The notes under the pieces are model-generated. The model was not told the origin of the DNA. It searched no databases and was given only the letters and a program-made list of their open reading frames with translations. Made by a program: the position numbers and the translations under genes. This document shows positions 50,311 through 60,787 of a stretch of 64,000 nt of DNA, piece after piece. How positions within the stretch are numbered: the stretch's first letter is position 1; every line of letters starts with the position of its first letter. The stretch lies in NCBI GenBank assembly GCA_963422645.2, contig CAXXVO010000018.1:64001-128000 (forward strand). The letters run 5' to 3'. The stretch comes from Alphaproteobacteria bacterium. GTDB taxonomy: Bacteria > Pseudomonadota > Alphaproteobacteria > UBA828.

Positions 50311-52758
50311 CTAGCTCCGCAACCGCTCGCCCGCCGGGTCGTAGAAGGGCGCGAGCGACATCGTCGCCGGCACGCGCTCGCCGGCGATATCGACCTCGTA
50401 GGCGCCCTCGTCGAGGGTCTGCCACCGGCGGGGCTGCTCGCTCAGGAGGTAGCCCATGCCGACCGGCCTGTCGAAGCTGTAGCCGAAGGCTGCCGAGGTA
50501 ATGCGGCCCGCGACCCTGTCGTCCAGGTAGATCGTCTCATCGTGGAACATGAAGGGCTCGGCCTTCTCCAGCATCACGTGCACGAGGCGCGCGGTGAGCC
50601 CTTCCTCGCGCTGGCGTTCCAGCGCCGCGCGGCCGATGAAGTCGGCATCCTTCTTGAACGATACGGCGAAGCCGAGACCGGCCTCCAGCGGGGTCTCAGC
50701 CTGGGTGATGTCGTGGCCCCAGTGGCGGTAACCCTTTTCGCTCCTCAGCGAATCCATCGCGTGGATGCCGCAGAGCCCGACGCCGAGATCGGCTCCCGCC
50801 TCCATTAGCCGGTCGAAGACCGGCACGACGTACTCGGTCGCGATGTGCAGCTCCCAGCCTAGCTCGCCCACGTAGGAGGCCCGCATCGCCCTCGCGTGCG
50901 CGTAGCCGATGTCGATCTCGCGGCAGGTGCCGAAGGGGAAGGCCTCGTTGGAGAGATCCGCATCGCTGACCCGCCCGAGCAATGTTCTGGCGTTGGGCCC
51001 CATCACGGCAAGCACCCCGGAGCCCGAGGTCACGTCAGTCACGTAGACTTGTGCGCCGTCGCTCAGGTTTCGCTCGATCCAGGTGAGGTCGCGGGTCTGC
51101 GAGCCGGCCGAAGTCACCACCAGGTAGCGGTCGTCGGCGAGCCGGGTCACGGTAAGGTCCGCTTCGATCCCGCCCCGCCTGTTGAGGAGCTGCGTGTAGA
51201 CAATTTTGCCCGCCGGCACCGCGACATCGTTGGCGCAGAGGCGCTGCAGCTCGCGCTCGGCATCCGGCCCCTGCACCAGGTACTTGGCGAACGAGCTCAT
51301 GTCGAGGATGCCGACAGCCTGGCGCACGGCGCGGTGTTCCTCCCGCACACAATCGAACCAGTTCTGCTTGCCGTAGGCGTATTCATAGGCCGGCTCCACG
51401 CCTTCGGGTGCGAACCAGTTGGCACGCTCCCACCCTGCCGCCTCGCCGAAGCACGCGTTGTGGGCCGCGAGCCGCGCGTGGAGCGGGCTGAGCCTCACCG
51501 GGCGCGCGGTCTCCACCTGGCGATGGGGCCAGTGCATCTGGAACAACAGGCCCAGGCTCTCCTTCGTGCGGTCGACCAGATAGCGGCGGTTGTTCTGGAA
51601 GCGGGCGAAGCGGGAGATGTCGAGCTCGGCGAGATCCACGGTCGGCTGCCCCTCCACGATCCACTCCGACATCACCTTGCCGGCGCCGGCGGCGCTGAGG
51701 ATGCCCTGCGAGTTGAAGCCGGCGGCGACGAAAAAGCGCGCAAGCTCCGGCGCCTCGCCGAGCACGAACTTGTTGTCCGGCGTAAAGCTCTCAGGCCCGT
51801 TCATGAAGCGGCGGATCGGTGCCCGCTCGAGCACCGGCAGGAGCTCGATGGCGTTGGTCATCGGCAGCTCGAAGTGATCCCAGTCCTCCGGCAGCTCCAC
51901 GAACTCGGCGCCCTCGGGCAGCTTCTCGAGCGGCAGCGGCTTGGCCACGGGTTCGAAGCTGCCGACGAGCAGGCGGCCTGCGTCCTCCTTCACGTAGATG
52001 TAGCCGTCGGTTTCTCGGATGATCGGCGCATCGGGCGAGAGCCCCTCGATCGGCTCGGTGACCACGTACATGTGTTCGGCGGCGTAGAGCGGCACGTTCA
52101 CGCCCGCCATCTGCCCGATCTCGCGCGCCCAGACGCCGCCGCAGTTGACGACGGTCTCGCAGGCGATGGTGCCTTGCGCGGTGCAGACTCCGGAGACCGC
52201 TCCGTTTCTGTGCTCGAAGCCGGTGACGGCTGTCTCCTCGAAGATGCGCGCGCCCCGCGACCGGGCGCCCTTGGCGAGCGCCATCGCGGTATCGACGGGA
52301 TTGGTCTGGCCGTCGCCGGGAATGTAGATCGCGCCCTTGATCCGCGAGACGTCCATCAAGGGGTAGAGCGATGCCACCTCGTTCAGCCCGACCTCGTAGG
52401 TCTCGACGCCGAAGCAATCGCCGAGGGCGGCCATGCGCCTGACCTCGGTGAGCCGTTCTTCGGTGCGGGCAATGGGCAGGCTGCCCTTGCGGCGGAAACC
52501 GGTGGCCTGGCCGGTTTCGGCCTCCAATGACTCGTAGAGGCCGACGGCATAGCGCGCGAGCTCGGTCAGCGTCGAGGTCGCGCGTAGCTGATTCACGAGG
52601 CCTGCGGCGTGCCACGAGGTGCCGCCGGTGAGATGACCTCGCTCCAGAAGGACCACGTCCCGCCGCCCGAGCTTGGTCAGATGGTAGGCCATGCTGCAGC
52701 CGATGATGCCGCCGCCGACAATCACCACCTCGGCCTGAGTCGGTAACGCTCCGGTCAT
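50311..52758 (-). CDS. FAD-dependent dimethylglycine/sarcosine dehydrogenase-like protein (GcvT family)
   Basis: GGGIIG, GTSWHAAG, NGPESFTPD, GWERANWF, YVGELGWELH, SLRSEKGYRHWG. Confidence 0.9.
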   Translation of the reverse strand: MTGALPTQAEVVIVGGGIIGCSMAYHLTKLGRRDVVLLERGHLTGGTSWHAAGLVNQLRATSTLTELARYAVGLYESLEAETGQATGFRRKGSLPIARTEERLTEVRRMAALGDCFGVETYEVGLNEVASLYPLMDVSRIKGAIYIPGDGQTNPVDTAMALAKGARSRGARIFEETAVTGFEHRNGAVSGVCTAQGTIACETVVNCGGVWAREIGQMAGVNVPLYAAEHMYVVTEPIEGLSPDAPIIRETDGYIYVKEDAGRLLVGSFEPVAKPLPLEKLPEGAEFVELPEDWDHFELPMTNAIELLPVLERAPIRRFMNGPESFTPDNKFVLGEAPELARFFVAAGFNSQGILSAAGAGKVMSEWIVEGQPTVDLAELDISRFARFQNNRRYLVDRTKESLGLLFQMHWPHRQVETARPVRLSPLHARLAAHNACFGEAAGWERANWFAPEGVEPAYEYAYGKQNWFDCVREEHRAVRQAVGILDMSSFAKYLVQGPDAERELQRLCANDVAVPAGKIVYTQLLNRRGGIEADLTVTRLADDRYLVVTSAGSQTRDLTWIERNLSDGAQVYVTDVTSGSGVLAVMGPNARTLLGRVSDADLSNEAFPFGTCREIDIGYAHARAMRASYVGELGWELHIATEYVVPVFDRLMEAGADLGVGLCGIHAMDSLRSEKGYRHWGHDITQAETPLEAGLGFAVSFKKDADFIGRAALERQREEGLTARLVHVMLEKAEPFMFHDETIYLDDRVAGRITSAAFGYSFDRPVGMGYLLSEQPRRWQTLDEGAYEVDIAGERVPATMSLAPFYDPAGERLRS

Positions 52759-52979
52759 CGCTCCCTCGCCCGCATGCGGCCTCCCATAGCGCGACGCACC
52801 ATGCCGCTGCCGGATTCCCTAGCACGGCCGCACGCAGCGGAAAACGGAAGGGACGGAGCCGACGCAAATGCAGCGAACCAGCGCCCCGCGCCAGGTTTGC
52901 ATTCATGCGACGCTCTTCGCATAGTGCGCGCCAACCGGGGTCGGCACGGCAACCGAACATCCAAGAGGAGAGGGAATCA

Positions 52980-53465
52980 ATGGCAGTTAGCGCGGGCGAC
53001 AAGATGCCGTCGGTCAACTTCAAGATGTTGACGGCGGACGGGCTCTCGGACGTATCGAGCGACGACTATTTTGGGGGCAAGAAGACTGCGCTCTTCGCCG
53101 TCCCCGGCGCATTCACGCCGACCTGCTCGGCCAAGCATGTACCGAGCTTCCTGGCGCAGGCCGACGCGCTCAAGGCCAAGGGCGTGGACCAGATCGCCTG
53201 CGTGTCGGTCAACGATGCGTTCGTGATGAAGGCCTGGGGCTCGGATACGGGAGCCACCGATGCCATCGACATGCTGGCCGACGGCAACGGCGAGTTCGCA
53301 CGGGCGACGGGGCTGACCCTCGACGGCACCGGCTTCGGCCTCGGCGAGCGGACGACCCGCTTCTCCATGATCGTCGACGACGGCACGATCACCGCCCTCA
53401 ACGTGGAAGAGAACCCGGCGGAGATGGACGTGAGCAGCGCGGAGCACATGCTCTCGCAGCTCTGA
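52980..53465 (+). CDS. Peroxiredoxin, Prx5 class
   Basis: VPGAFTPTCSAKH.P, SVNDAFVM.AW. Confidence 0.92.
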   Translation: MAVSAGDKMPSVNFKMLTADGLSDVSSDDYFGGKKTALFAVPGAFTPTCSAKHVPSFLAQADALKAKGVDQIACVSVNDAFVMKAWGSDTGATDAIDMLADGNGEFARATGLTLDGTGFGLGERTTRFSMIVDDGTITALNVEENPAEMDVSSAEHMLSQL

Positions 53466-53641
53466 TCCCGCCCGTCCCCGCGCAGGCGCCTGCAAAAGGC
53501 GCTTGCGCGGCGGGCTGCGCTCACCACATTGTCGTCTATCGGCGGCCGCCACGGCGCGCGGTGGGCCGCTCGACCCCAGTTTGACAAGACCGCGCCTGCC
53601 CAAGCGCCGGCGCGAGGTCGCTCAGGAGGAGACATCAGGCA

Positions 53642-54301
53642 ATGGCACTGAGGATTGGCGACGAAGCACCCAACTTCACGGCAGACACGACCGAGGGTGC
53701 GATCGACTTTCATGACTGGATCGGCGACGGCTGGGCCATTCTATTTTCCCACCCCAAGGACTTCACGCCGGTCTGCACGACCGAGCTCGGCTACATGGCC
53801 GGGCTCAAATCGGAGTTCGAGAAGCGCAACTGCAAGGTCCTCGGGCTTAGCGTGGACGGCGTGAGCGATCACCACGCCTGGTCGAAGGACATCGAGGAGA
53901 CGCAGGGTCACGCGGTGAACTACCCGCTGATCGGCGATCCGGAGCTCAAGATCGCGACGCTCTACGAGATGCTTCCGGCGGGTTCCGGCAAGACCTCGGA
54001 GGGGCGCACGGCGGTCGACAACCTCACCGTCCGCACCGTCTTCCTCGTCGGGCCTGACAAGAAGGTCAAGCTCTCCCTCACCTACCCGATGAGCACCGGC
54101 CGCAACTTCGACGAGGTGCTGCGCGTGCTCGATTCCTGCCAGCTCACGGCGAAGCACAAGGTGGCGACGCCGGTGAACTGGAAGCAGGGCGAGGACGTAA
54201 TCATCGTGCCAGCGGTCTCCGACGAGGAGGCCAAGAAGACCTACCCCGGTGGCTGGAAGGCCCCAAAACCCTACCTCAGGATCGTGCCGCAGCCCGAGTA
54301 A
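53642..54301 (+). CDS. 1-Cys peroxiredoxin, Prx6 class
   Basis: FSHPKDFTPVCTTELG, YPMSTGRNFDE, ATPVNW. Confidence 0.93.
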   Translation: MALRIGDEAPNFTADTTEGAIDFHDWIGDGWAILFSHPKDFTPVCTTELGYMAGLKSEFEKRNCKVLGLSVDGVSDHHAWSKDIEETQGHAVNYPLIGDPELKIATLYEMLPAGSGKTSEGRTAVDNLTVRTVFLVGPDKKVKLSLTYPMSTGRNFDEVLRVLDSCQLTAKHKVATPVNWKQGEDVIIVPAVSDEEAKKTYPGGWKAPKPYLRIVPQPE

Positions 54302-54323
54302 CGGCTTCTCCTTTTCGACAATT

Positions 54324-54353
54324 CCCTCCGCTCGCGTCCCCGCGGGCGGAGGG
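54324..54353. terminator. Hairpin between convergent genes
   Basis: CCCTCCGCTCGCG-TCCC-CGCGGGCGGAGGG stem-loop. Confidence 0.5.
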
Positions 54354-54354
54354 C

Positions 54355-55188
54355 TCATCCGGCGCCCGCGGGCACCCGGCTCTCGATGGCGAGCGGCGCC
54401 AGCGCCGTCCGCACCTGCTTGAACGCGACGGCGAGAGTCTCGGCCCAGGCCTCAGCGCCTTCCTGCGTGCCGATCAGGTCCTGACGCAGCTCGATCTCGA
54501 TATGGGGCAGGCCGCGCCCCTGGCCATGCACCGGAATCGAATAATCGGACGGGCCTATGATGGCGTAGGGCTCATTGTCGCCGATGGTGAGCCCCGGGCG
54601 CAGCGCGGCCAGCGCCTCCTTCAGCGGCTGCACCAGCCGGTCGTCGTGCTCGTAGAGCAGCCCCACCTCCCACGGACGGGCGAAGCCGTCGAAGACCGGC
54701 GTGAAGCTGTGGACCGCGACCAGGATCGGCACCGCGCCAAACCCGATCGCCCGGTCGAGGCACGCGGCGATGGCGTCGTGATAGGGGCGGAAGAACGCGT
54801 CGGTCCGCGCCGCGGCCTCCTCCGGCGAGATCGACTGGTTGGCCGGCACGACCGTGCCGTCGCTCACCGCGGGCATCGCCGTGGGGCTCCCCGCCGGGCG
54901 GTTGCAATCGACCACCAGGCGCGAATAGCCGGAGAGGTAGGCCGGCGCGTCGAGCAGGGCGCTGAGCGCTCTCGTGACCATCGCCGCACCGATGTCCCAG
55001 CCGATGTGGCGGTCGAGCTCGGCCTGGTCGAGGCCGAGCCGCTCCATGTGGGCCGGGACCGCGTTGCTTGCGTGGTCGCACACCAGCACGAAGTGCGGAT
55101 GGGCGCTGACCGGTCCGATTCGATTGAAGGGCCTGGGGTCGTCGCCGATGAGCCGCGACGGATCGAACCAGGCGGCGGACGCGCTCAC
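54355..55188 (-). CDS. N-formylglutamate amidohydrolase family protein
   Basis: CDHASN, HIGWDIGA, SRLVVDCNR, HSFTP, GDNEPY, IELRQDLI. Confidence 0.88.
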   Translation of the reverse strand: MSASAAWFDPSRLIGDDPRPFNRIGPVSAHPHFVLVCDHASNAVPAHMERLGLDQAELDRHIGWDIGAAMVTRALSALLDAPAYLSGYSRLVVDCNRPAGSPTAMPAVSDGTVVPANQSISPEEAAARTDAFFRPYHDAIAACLDRAIGFGAVPILVAVHSFTPVFDGFARPWEVGLLYEHDDRLVQPLKEALAALRPGLTIGDNEPYAIIGPSDYSIPVHGQGRGLPHIEIELRQDLIGTQEGAEAWAETLAVAFKQVRTALAPLAIESRVPAGAG

Positions 55189-56405
55189 CCCTTCTCCACC
55201 GCAGCCAGCGGCTGAACCGACGTCGCCGCGCTGTCACCAGCGCTGTCGCAGGGGAGCAGACGGAGCGCGCCGTGCTTCACGGAGAGCGCGAGCCGACCGT
55301 GCACTAGATCGAGCGCGGCATCGCCGAAGAGCGACCGCCGCCAGCCCTGCAACGCCGGGATGCCATTGGTCTCGCCGCGCGCGATCCGTTCCAGGTCGTC
55401 GGCACTGGCGATCAGCTTTCGGGCGACGCCCGTCTCCTCGCTCTTGAAGGTGAGAAGCACCTTGAGGAGGTCGGTCAAAGCCGCTGGCGCCGCTGGCCCT
55501 TCGGGCCGGGGCGGCAGCTTCGGACAGTCCTCGTCGGGGAGCGCGAGACCGCGCCCGACCGCGGCCAGCACCGCAGCACCCGTGGCGCTCTCGGCGGTTC
55601 GCTGGCTCACCGAGCGCAGCTTGGCGAGCTCCTTCACCGTGCGCGGGCGCTGCGCTGCGATCTCGGTCAGCGCCGTGTCGCGCATGACCCACGGGCGGGG
55701 CTTGTCGCGCCGGTCGGCCTCGGTCTCGCGCCAGGCCGCGACCTCGCGCAGGATCGCGAAGAAGCGCCGGTCGCCGCCGCGCACCTTGATCCGCCGCCAC
55801 GCCTCCTCAGGCGGCGACTCGTAGGTGGCGGGGCTCGTGAGTGTCGCCAACTCCTCGTCGAGCCACGATCGCCGGCCGGTGCGCTCCAGCTTCGCCGCGA
55901 GCTTCTGGTAGACCACGCGCAGGTGGCTCACGTCTGAGAGGGCGTAGCGCAACTGGCGCTCGGTGAGCGGCCGGCGCGCCCAGTCGGTGAAGCGCTGGGT
56001 CTTGTCGATGCGCCCGTGCGCGAGCTTGGCGACCAGCGTCTCGTAGCCGACCGAATCGCCGAAGCCGCACACCATGGCGGCAATCTGGGTATCGAAGAGC
56101 GGATGCGGCACCCCGCCGGCGAGCGGCAGCAGCACCTCGACATCCTGCCTGGCCGCGTGGAAGACCTTGAGCACCGGCGCCCGCGCCAGCAGATCGTAGA
56201 GCGGCGCGAGATCGATTCCGTTGGCGAGCGGGTCGACGGCGACCGGCTCCCCTTCGGACGGGGCAATCTGCAGCAGGCACAACTTGGCGCGATAGGTGCT
56301 CTCGCGCATGAACTCCGTATCGACCGTGACGAACTCGGCCTCCTGCCACGACGCACAGAGCGCGGCGAGCGGAGCGCTCTCGGTAATCAGCCGGGGCTCG
56401 GTCAC
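55185..56405 (-). CDS. rnd: Ribonuclease D
   Basis: VDTEFMRE.TY, KVFHAARQD, FDTQIAA, TDW.RRPL...QL.YA..DV, HRDC region. Confidence 0.94.
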   Translation of the reverse strand: MTEPRLITESAPLAALCASWQEAEFVTVDTEFMRESTYRAKLCLLQIAPSEGEPVAVDPLANGIDLAPLYDLLARAPVLKVFHAARQDVEVLLPLAGGVPHPLFDTQIAAMVCGFGDSVGYETLVAKLAHGRIDKTQRFTDWARRPLTERQLRYALSDVSHLRVVYQKLAAKLERTGRRSWLDEELATLTSPATYESPPEEAWRRIKVRGGDRRFFAILREVAAWRETEADRRDKPRPWVMRDTALTEIAAQRPRTVKELAKLRSVSQRTAESATGAAVLAAVGRGLALPDEDCPKLPPRPEGPAAPAALTDLLKVLLTFKSEETGVARKLIASADDLERIARGETNGIPALQGWRRSLFGDAALDLVHGRLALSVKHGALRLLPCDSAGDSAATSVQPLAAVEKG

Positions 56406-56477
56406 GGGCCCTCGCCGCTCGCGAAGGCCGGGGCGCGCAGGGCAAACGCCAGGTCGTTGGGACTCACGGGCGCGGCG

Positions 56478-57650
56478 TCAGGCGGCGGCCATTGCGGCCA
56501 GGTCGGCGCGGTCGTTGCGGCCCGCAGGCACGGCGCTCCGCCCGGTGCCGGTGATCCAGCCGCCGCCGAGCACGCGGTCGCCGTCATAGAGCACGCAGGC
56601 CTGCCCCGGCGCGGTCGCGGGCTCCGGCTCGTCCAGCGTGACCTCGGCGGTGCCATCGGCCTTCGCCACCAGCCGCGCCGGCGCGCCGGGATGGCTGGAG
56701 CGGAGCCGCGCCACCACCGCCCAATCATCGCCGGACGCGGGCGCATCGCCGCCGATCCAGGCAAGCGGGCCGGTGAAGACGCGGTCACGCAACAATGCCG
56801 CCTGCGGGCCGACCACGACCTCGCGGCGCGCGGCATCGACCGCGAGCACGTAGAGCGGCTCGGGTCCTGCGATACCGAGCCCGCGGCGCTGGCCCACGGT
56901 GTAGTGAATGATGCCCTTGTGGCGGCCGAGCACGCGGCCGTCCTGATCCACGATATTGCCTGGTTCCGCAGCGCCGGGGCGGAGCCGCTCGATGACGCCG
57001 GCATAGCGGCCCGAGGGCACGAAGCAAATGTCCTGGCTGTCCGGCTTGTCCGCGACGGCGAGGCCGAAGCGCTCCGCGTGCGCGCGCACACGCTCCTTCG
57101 GGAGGTCGCCCAGGGGGAAGCGCAGGAACTCAAGCTGCTCCTGCGCGGTGGCGAAGAGGAAGTAGCTCTGATCCCTGGCACCATCGACCGCCCGGTGGAG
57201 CTCGGGTCCCTCCGGTCCCGCCACACGCCGCACATAGTGGCCGGTGGCGAGCGCATCCGCGCCGAGGTCGCGGGCGAGCGCCAGCAGGTCGCGGAACTTC
57301 ACCCGCTCGTTGCAGCGCACGCAGGGGATCGGCGTCTCGCCGCGCAGGTAGGAGTCGGCGAAGTCGTCGATCACCGCTTCCTTGAAGCGCGCCTCGAAGT
57401 CGAGCACGTAGTGGCGGATACCGAGCCGGTCCGCGACGCGGCGGGCATCGTAGATGTCCTCCCCGGCGCAGCAGGCGCCGGAGCGCGCCCGCGGCCCGCC
57501 CGCCGCATAGAGCTGGAGCGTGATGCCGACCACCTCGTAGCCCGCTTCCGCCAAGAGCGCTGCGGTGACCGACGAATCGACGCCACCGGACATGGCGACC
57601 ACCACGCGCGCGCCACGGCTGAGGCCGAGATCGAGGGTGTCTGCGGGCAT
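56478..57650 (-). CDS. mnmA: tRNA 2-thiouridine(34) synthase
   Basis: [54 protein letters not shown]. Confidence 0.95.
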   Translation of the reverse strand: MPADTLDLGLSRGARVVVAMSGGVDSSVTAALLAEAGYEVVGITLQLYAAGGPRARSGACCAGEDIYDARRVADRLGIRHYVLDFEARFKEAVIDDFADSYLRGETPIPCVRCNERVKFRDLLALARDLGADALATGHYVRRVAGPEGPELHRAVDGARDQSYFLFATAQEQLEFLRFPLGDLPKERVRAHAERFGLAVADKPDSQDICFVPSGRYAGVIERLRPGAAEPGNIVDQDGRVLGRHKGIIHYTVGQRRGLGIAGPEPLYVLAVDAARREVVVGPQAALLRDRVFTGPLAWIGGDAPASGDDWAVVARLRSSHPGAPARLVAKADGTAEVTLDEPEPATAPGQACVLYDGDRVLGGGWITGTGRSAVPAGRNDRADLAAMAAA

Positions 57651-57727
57651 GGCGCGCACTATAGGCGCGCGCGGGAGCGGCGCAACCACGTGTCCCGCGG
57701 CTCGCGCGGGACGGATGGTAACAAAAT

Positions 57728-58040
57728 TTTGGCGGGATTCGCCGGGATTCGGCGGGACGACTGGGTCAAGAGGGAAGCCTAGGGCCGGACAAGGGCGGCG
57801 AGGCCGCACGCTCATCGCCGGCCCCTTCCCTCGATCGCCGCGAGCATGGCAGCAGCCGCTTCCGCCGCGTCGCTCGCCTCGCGAATCGTGGTGAGCCGCA
57901 GGGCCGAGGAGCGCCCCCTCGCGCCGACCGCCGCGCCCTGTGTGCCCCCCATCGTCGCGACGCTATCCTGACACCGGTGCCGCGCGCCGTGCCCCGCACC
58001 ATGGTTCGGGGTCGCGCGGGCCTGAAGGGTCCCGCGCGCG
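57728..58040 (-). repeat. Dispersed intergenic repeat, copy C (composite, minus strand)
   Basis: Reverse complement of 57977-58040 aligns to 10072-10135; 57728-57748 matches 29308-29328. Confidence 0.65.
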
Positions 58041-58061
58041 GGAAACTGACTCGCGCGTCCG

Positions 58062-58745
58062 TCAGGCTCCGGCGGCGTCGAGGCCCGCCTGCCAGAACGC
58101 GGCCTCCAGCCGGGTCGCGGTGCGGAAGGTGGCGGCAAGCCCCGCGAAGCGCGCGCAGCCGCCGCGGCGCGCGCCGAGCGCGTTCAGCGCCTCGACCTCT
58201 GTCCGCATGAACGCCTGATACTCGTCGCCGGCGTACATCTCGATCCAGGAGGCGTAGGGGTTGCCCTCGGTGCGGGTGGCGGGGTCGACCGCGAGCCGGG
58301 CGCCGATCTCACCGTAGCCGATGACGCAGGGCGCGAGCGCCACCCGCAAATCGAGCAGATCGCCCGCGAGCCCGCGTTCCAGCACATAAGCTGTGTAGGC
58401 GAGCGTCGCGCCATCGGCCTCGACCGCTTCGAGCGCGTCCTCCGCGATCCCCCAGTCCGCGCAGTAGGCTCGGTGCAGGTCCATCTCGACCTCGACCAGG
58501 GCCTTGAGGCCGGCAGACGCCTCGCGGATCTCGGCCAGCGTATCCGCCTTGTAGGCGGCGAGCCCGTAGGCGCGGGCGAACTGGATCAGGAAGAGGTAGT
58601 CCTGGATCAGGTAGTGGCGGAACGCGGCCTCCGGCAGGGTGCCGTCACCGAGACCCTGCACGAAGGGATGCTCGACGTACTCCCGCCAGTCGTCCCCGGC
58701 GGCATCGCGCAGCGCCGTGAAAAAACCCGTCTCAGCCTGCGTCAT
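58062..58745 (-). CDS. tenA: TenA family thiaminase II
   Basis: HPFV..L..GTL...F..YLIQDYLFL, LAPC..GY.EIG, Y..WI..Y, LEAAFW. Confidence 0.9.
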   Translation of the reverse strand: MTQAETGFFTALRDAAGDDWREYVEHPFVQGLGDGTLPEAAFRHYLIQDYLFLIQFARAYGLAAYKADTLAEIREASAGLKALVEVEMDLHRAYCADWGIAEDALEAVEADGATLAYTAYVLERGLAGDLLDLRVALAPCVIGYGEIGARLAVDPATRTEGNPYASWIEMYAGDEYQAFMRTEVEALNALGARRGGCARFAGLAATFRTATRLEAAFWQAGLDAAGA

Positions 58746-58800
58746 CGCCGCGCTTTTCGTCTGGCCTGCGTGGGATGAGGCGCCGGGCACCCCTGCCCCA

Positions 58801-59127
58801 TCACATCAGGCTGCTGGTTTCGGCCGGGAGCGTCACCACCAGCCCGTCGAGCGCCTCCGTGATGACGATCTGGCAGCCCAGGCGCGAGCTGCACGTGAGG
58901 CCGAGCGCGAGGTCGAGCATGTCCTCTTCGTCCTCGCACTTCTCCTCGAGCTTGCCGTACCAGGCGGGGTCAACGATGACGTGGCAGGTCGAGCAGGCCA
59001 TCGCGCCCTCGCACGCGCCCTCGATGTCGATCCCGTGGCGGAACGCGATATCCAGCACGGAGTCGCCGATGGGCGCCTCGACCTCGTGGCGGGCGCCATC
59101 GGGGTCGATGAAAGTCATGGTGGGCAC
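58801..59127 (-). CDS. fdx: ISC-type [2Fe-2S] ferredoxin
   Basis: EGACEGAMACSTCHVIV, EEDMLDLA, SRLGCQ. Confidence 0.92.
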   Translation of the reverse strand: MPTMTFIDPDGARHEVEAPIGDSVLDIAFRHGIDIEGACEGAMACSTCHVIVDPAWYGKLEEKCEDEEDMLDLALGLTCSSRLGCQIVITEALDGLVVTLPAETSSLM

Positions 59128-59141
59128 GGGCGCTTTGCTGC

Positions 59142-60296
59142 CTATCCGGCGGCGGCCGAGACGCCGGCCTTCCAGCGGTTGGTGAGGCCCGCATAGAGCG
59201 CCCGCCAGGTGCCCAGGAAGCGCTCGATCTCGTCCTCGGTCGTCGCCCAGCCCAGGCTGACCCGGATGGCGCAGCCACCGATGGCATCGGGCACACCAAG
59301 CGCGCGCAGCACGTGGCTCGGCTCGACCTTGCCGGAGGAGCAGGCGGAGCCCGCGCTCACCGCGACGCCCGCCAGATCGAGGCCCATGACTTGGGTTTCG
59401 CTCTGCACGCCCGGCATGGTGAGGCAGCTGGTGTTGGGCAGGCGATTGGCCCCTTCGCTGAAGATGACGACATCGGGCTCGGTCTCGCGCAGCCGCGCCT
59501 CCAGCCGGTCGCGCAGGGCCGCGATCTCACCCGCCCGCGCGAGGTCGTCCCGGGCGAGGGCGGCTGCCGCGCCGAAACCGACGATGCCGGCGGCATTCTC
59601 GGTGCCGCCGCGCAAGCCACGCTCCTGCCCGCCGCCGGTGATGAGGGGCGCGATATCCAGCCCTCGGCGCACGACGAGCGCGCCGATGCCCTTCGGCCCG
59701 GCGAACTTGTGCGCCGCGATGCTCATCATGTCGACACCGAGCCCGGCGAAGGAGACCGGAATCCGGCCCGGCGCCTGCACCGCATCGCAATGGACCAGCG
59801 CGCCCGCAGCCTTCGCCCGCGCTGCGATCTCGGCGACCGGCTGGATCACGCCGGTTTCGTTGTTGGCGAGCATCACCGAGACCAGCGCCTCCGGCCCGTG
59901 GCCCCCAAGCGCCTCGTCGAGCGCGCCCAAGTCGAGCACGCCGTCGCCATCCACCGGCAGGACGACCAGGTCGTCCGCCACGGCTTCGGCCGTGCGCAGG
60001 ATCGCCGGATGTTCGATGGCGCTGACGATGAGCGCCCGCCGGCCGGCGCCGCGCAGCGCCGTGTTGTTGGCCTCAGTGCCGCCTGCGGTAAAGACCAGCG
60101 CCGCCGGGCTACAGTCGACCAGGGCCGCGATCTGCTCGCGCGCGTCCTCGATGCGCTTGCGCACGTCGCGGCCAAAGCCGTGGACCGACGACGGATTGCC
60201 GGCCAGCATCATCGCCTCGGCCACCGCCTCCACCACATGGGGCTTGATCGGCGCCGTGGCGTTGTAGTCGAGATAGATCGGGCCCGAATCGCTCAT
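59142..60296 (-). CDS. Cysteine desulfurase (IscS/NifS group I)
   Basis: YLDYNATAP, GNPSS.H, ANNETG, HCDAVQA, AHKF.GPKG.G, SAGSACSSG. Confidence 0.92.
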   Translation of the reverse strand: MSDSGPIYLDYNATAPIKPHVVEAVAEAMMLAGNPSSVHGFGRDVRKRIEDAREQIAALVDCSPAALVFTAGGTEANNTALRGAGRRALIVSAIEHPAILRTAEAVADDLVVLPVDGDGVLDLGALDEALGGHGPEALVSVMLANNETGVIQPVAEIAARAKAAGALVHCDAVQAPGRIPVSFAGLGVDMMSIAAHKFAGPKGIGALVVRRGLDIAPLITGGGQERGLRGGTENAAGIVGFGAAAALARDDLARAGEIAALRDRLEARLRETEPDVVIFSEGANRLPNTSCLTMPGVQSETQVMGLDLAGVAVSAGSACSSGKVEPSHVLRALGVPDAIGGCAIRVSLGWATTEDEIERFLGTWRALYAGLTNRWKAGVSAAAG

Positions 60297-60778
60297 TCCG
60301 CCGCCTGCTCCATCAGGCCGCGTCCGCCGCCCGAGAGCCGGTCGCTCATGCCGAGCACCCGGCGCGCGCAGACGTCTTCTAGCGAGACCGCGCTGAGAAA
60401 GCCGTGGATGTGAATGCCGAGCTCCTCCCACAGATCGTGGGTGACGCAGCGCTTCGCGTCCTTCATGCAGCCCTTGCCAGTGCCCGGCGGACAACGCGTG
60501 GCACGCAGGTTCTCGTCCACCGCGACCACGATGTCGGCGATCATGAGCTCCGCCGCAGGCCGCGCCAGCCGGTAGCCGCCGCCGGGTCCGCGCGCGCTCC
60601 GCACCAGGCCGGCGCGGCGCAGGCGGCCGAAGAGCTGCTCAAGATAAGAGTGTGAAATCTCCTGCCCTGCCGCGATCTCGGCGAGGGTCACGGGCTGCGC
60701 GTCGCCTGCGCCGCCCGTGCGCATGGCGAGCTCCGTCATCGCCATCACCGCGTAACGGCCCCTGGTGCCGAGCTTCAC
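60293..60778 (-). CDS. iscR: Rrf2 family Fe-S cluster regulator IscR
   Basis: GRYAVMAM, SYLEQLF..LRR.GLV.S.RGPGGGY; three Cys plus THDLW. Confidence 0.88.
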   Translation of the reverse strand: MKLGTRGRYAVMAMTELAMRTGGAGDAQPVTLAEIAAGQEISHSYLEQLFGRLRRAGLVRSARGPGGGYRLARPAAELMIADIVVAVDENLRATRCPPGTGKGCMKDAKRCVTHDLWEELGIHIHGFLSAVSLEDVCARRVLGMSDRLSGGGRGLMEQAAE

Positions 60779-60787
60779 GGGCCGCTC

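Noticed and set aside
58746-58800. TPP riboswitch upstream of tenA
   Set aside because: Gap is only about 55 bp and lacks the conserved CTGAGA core
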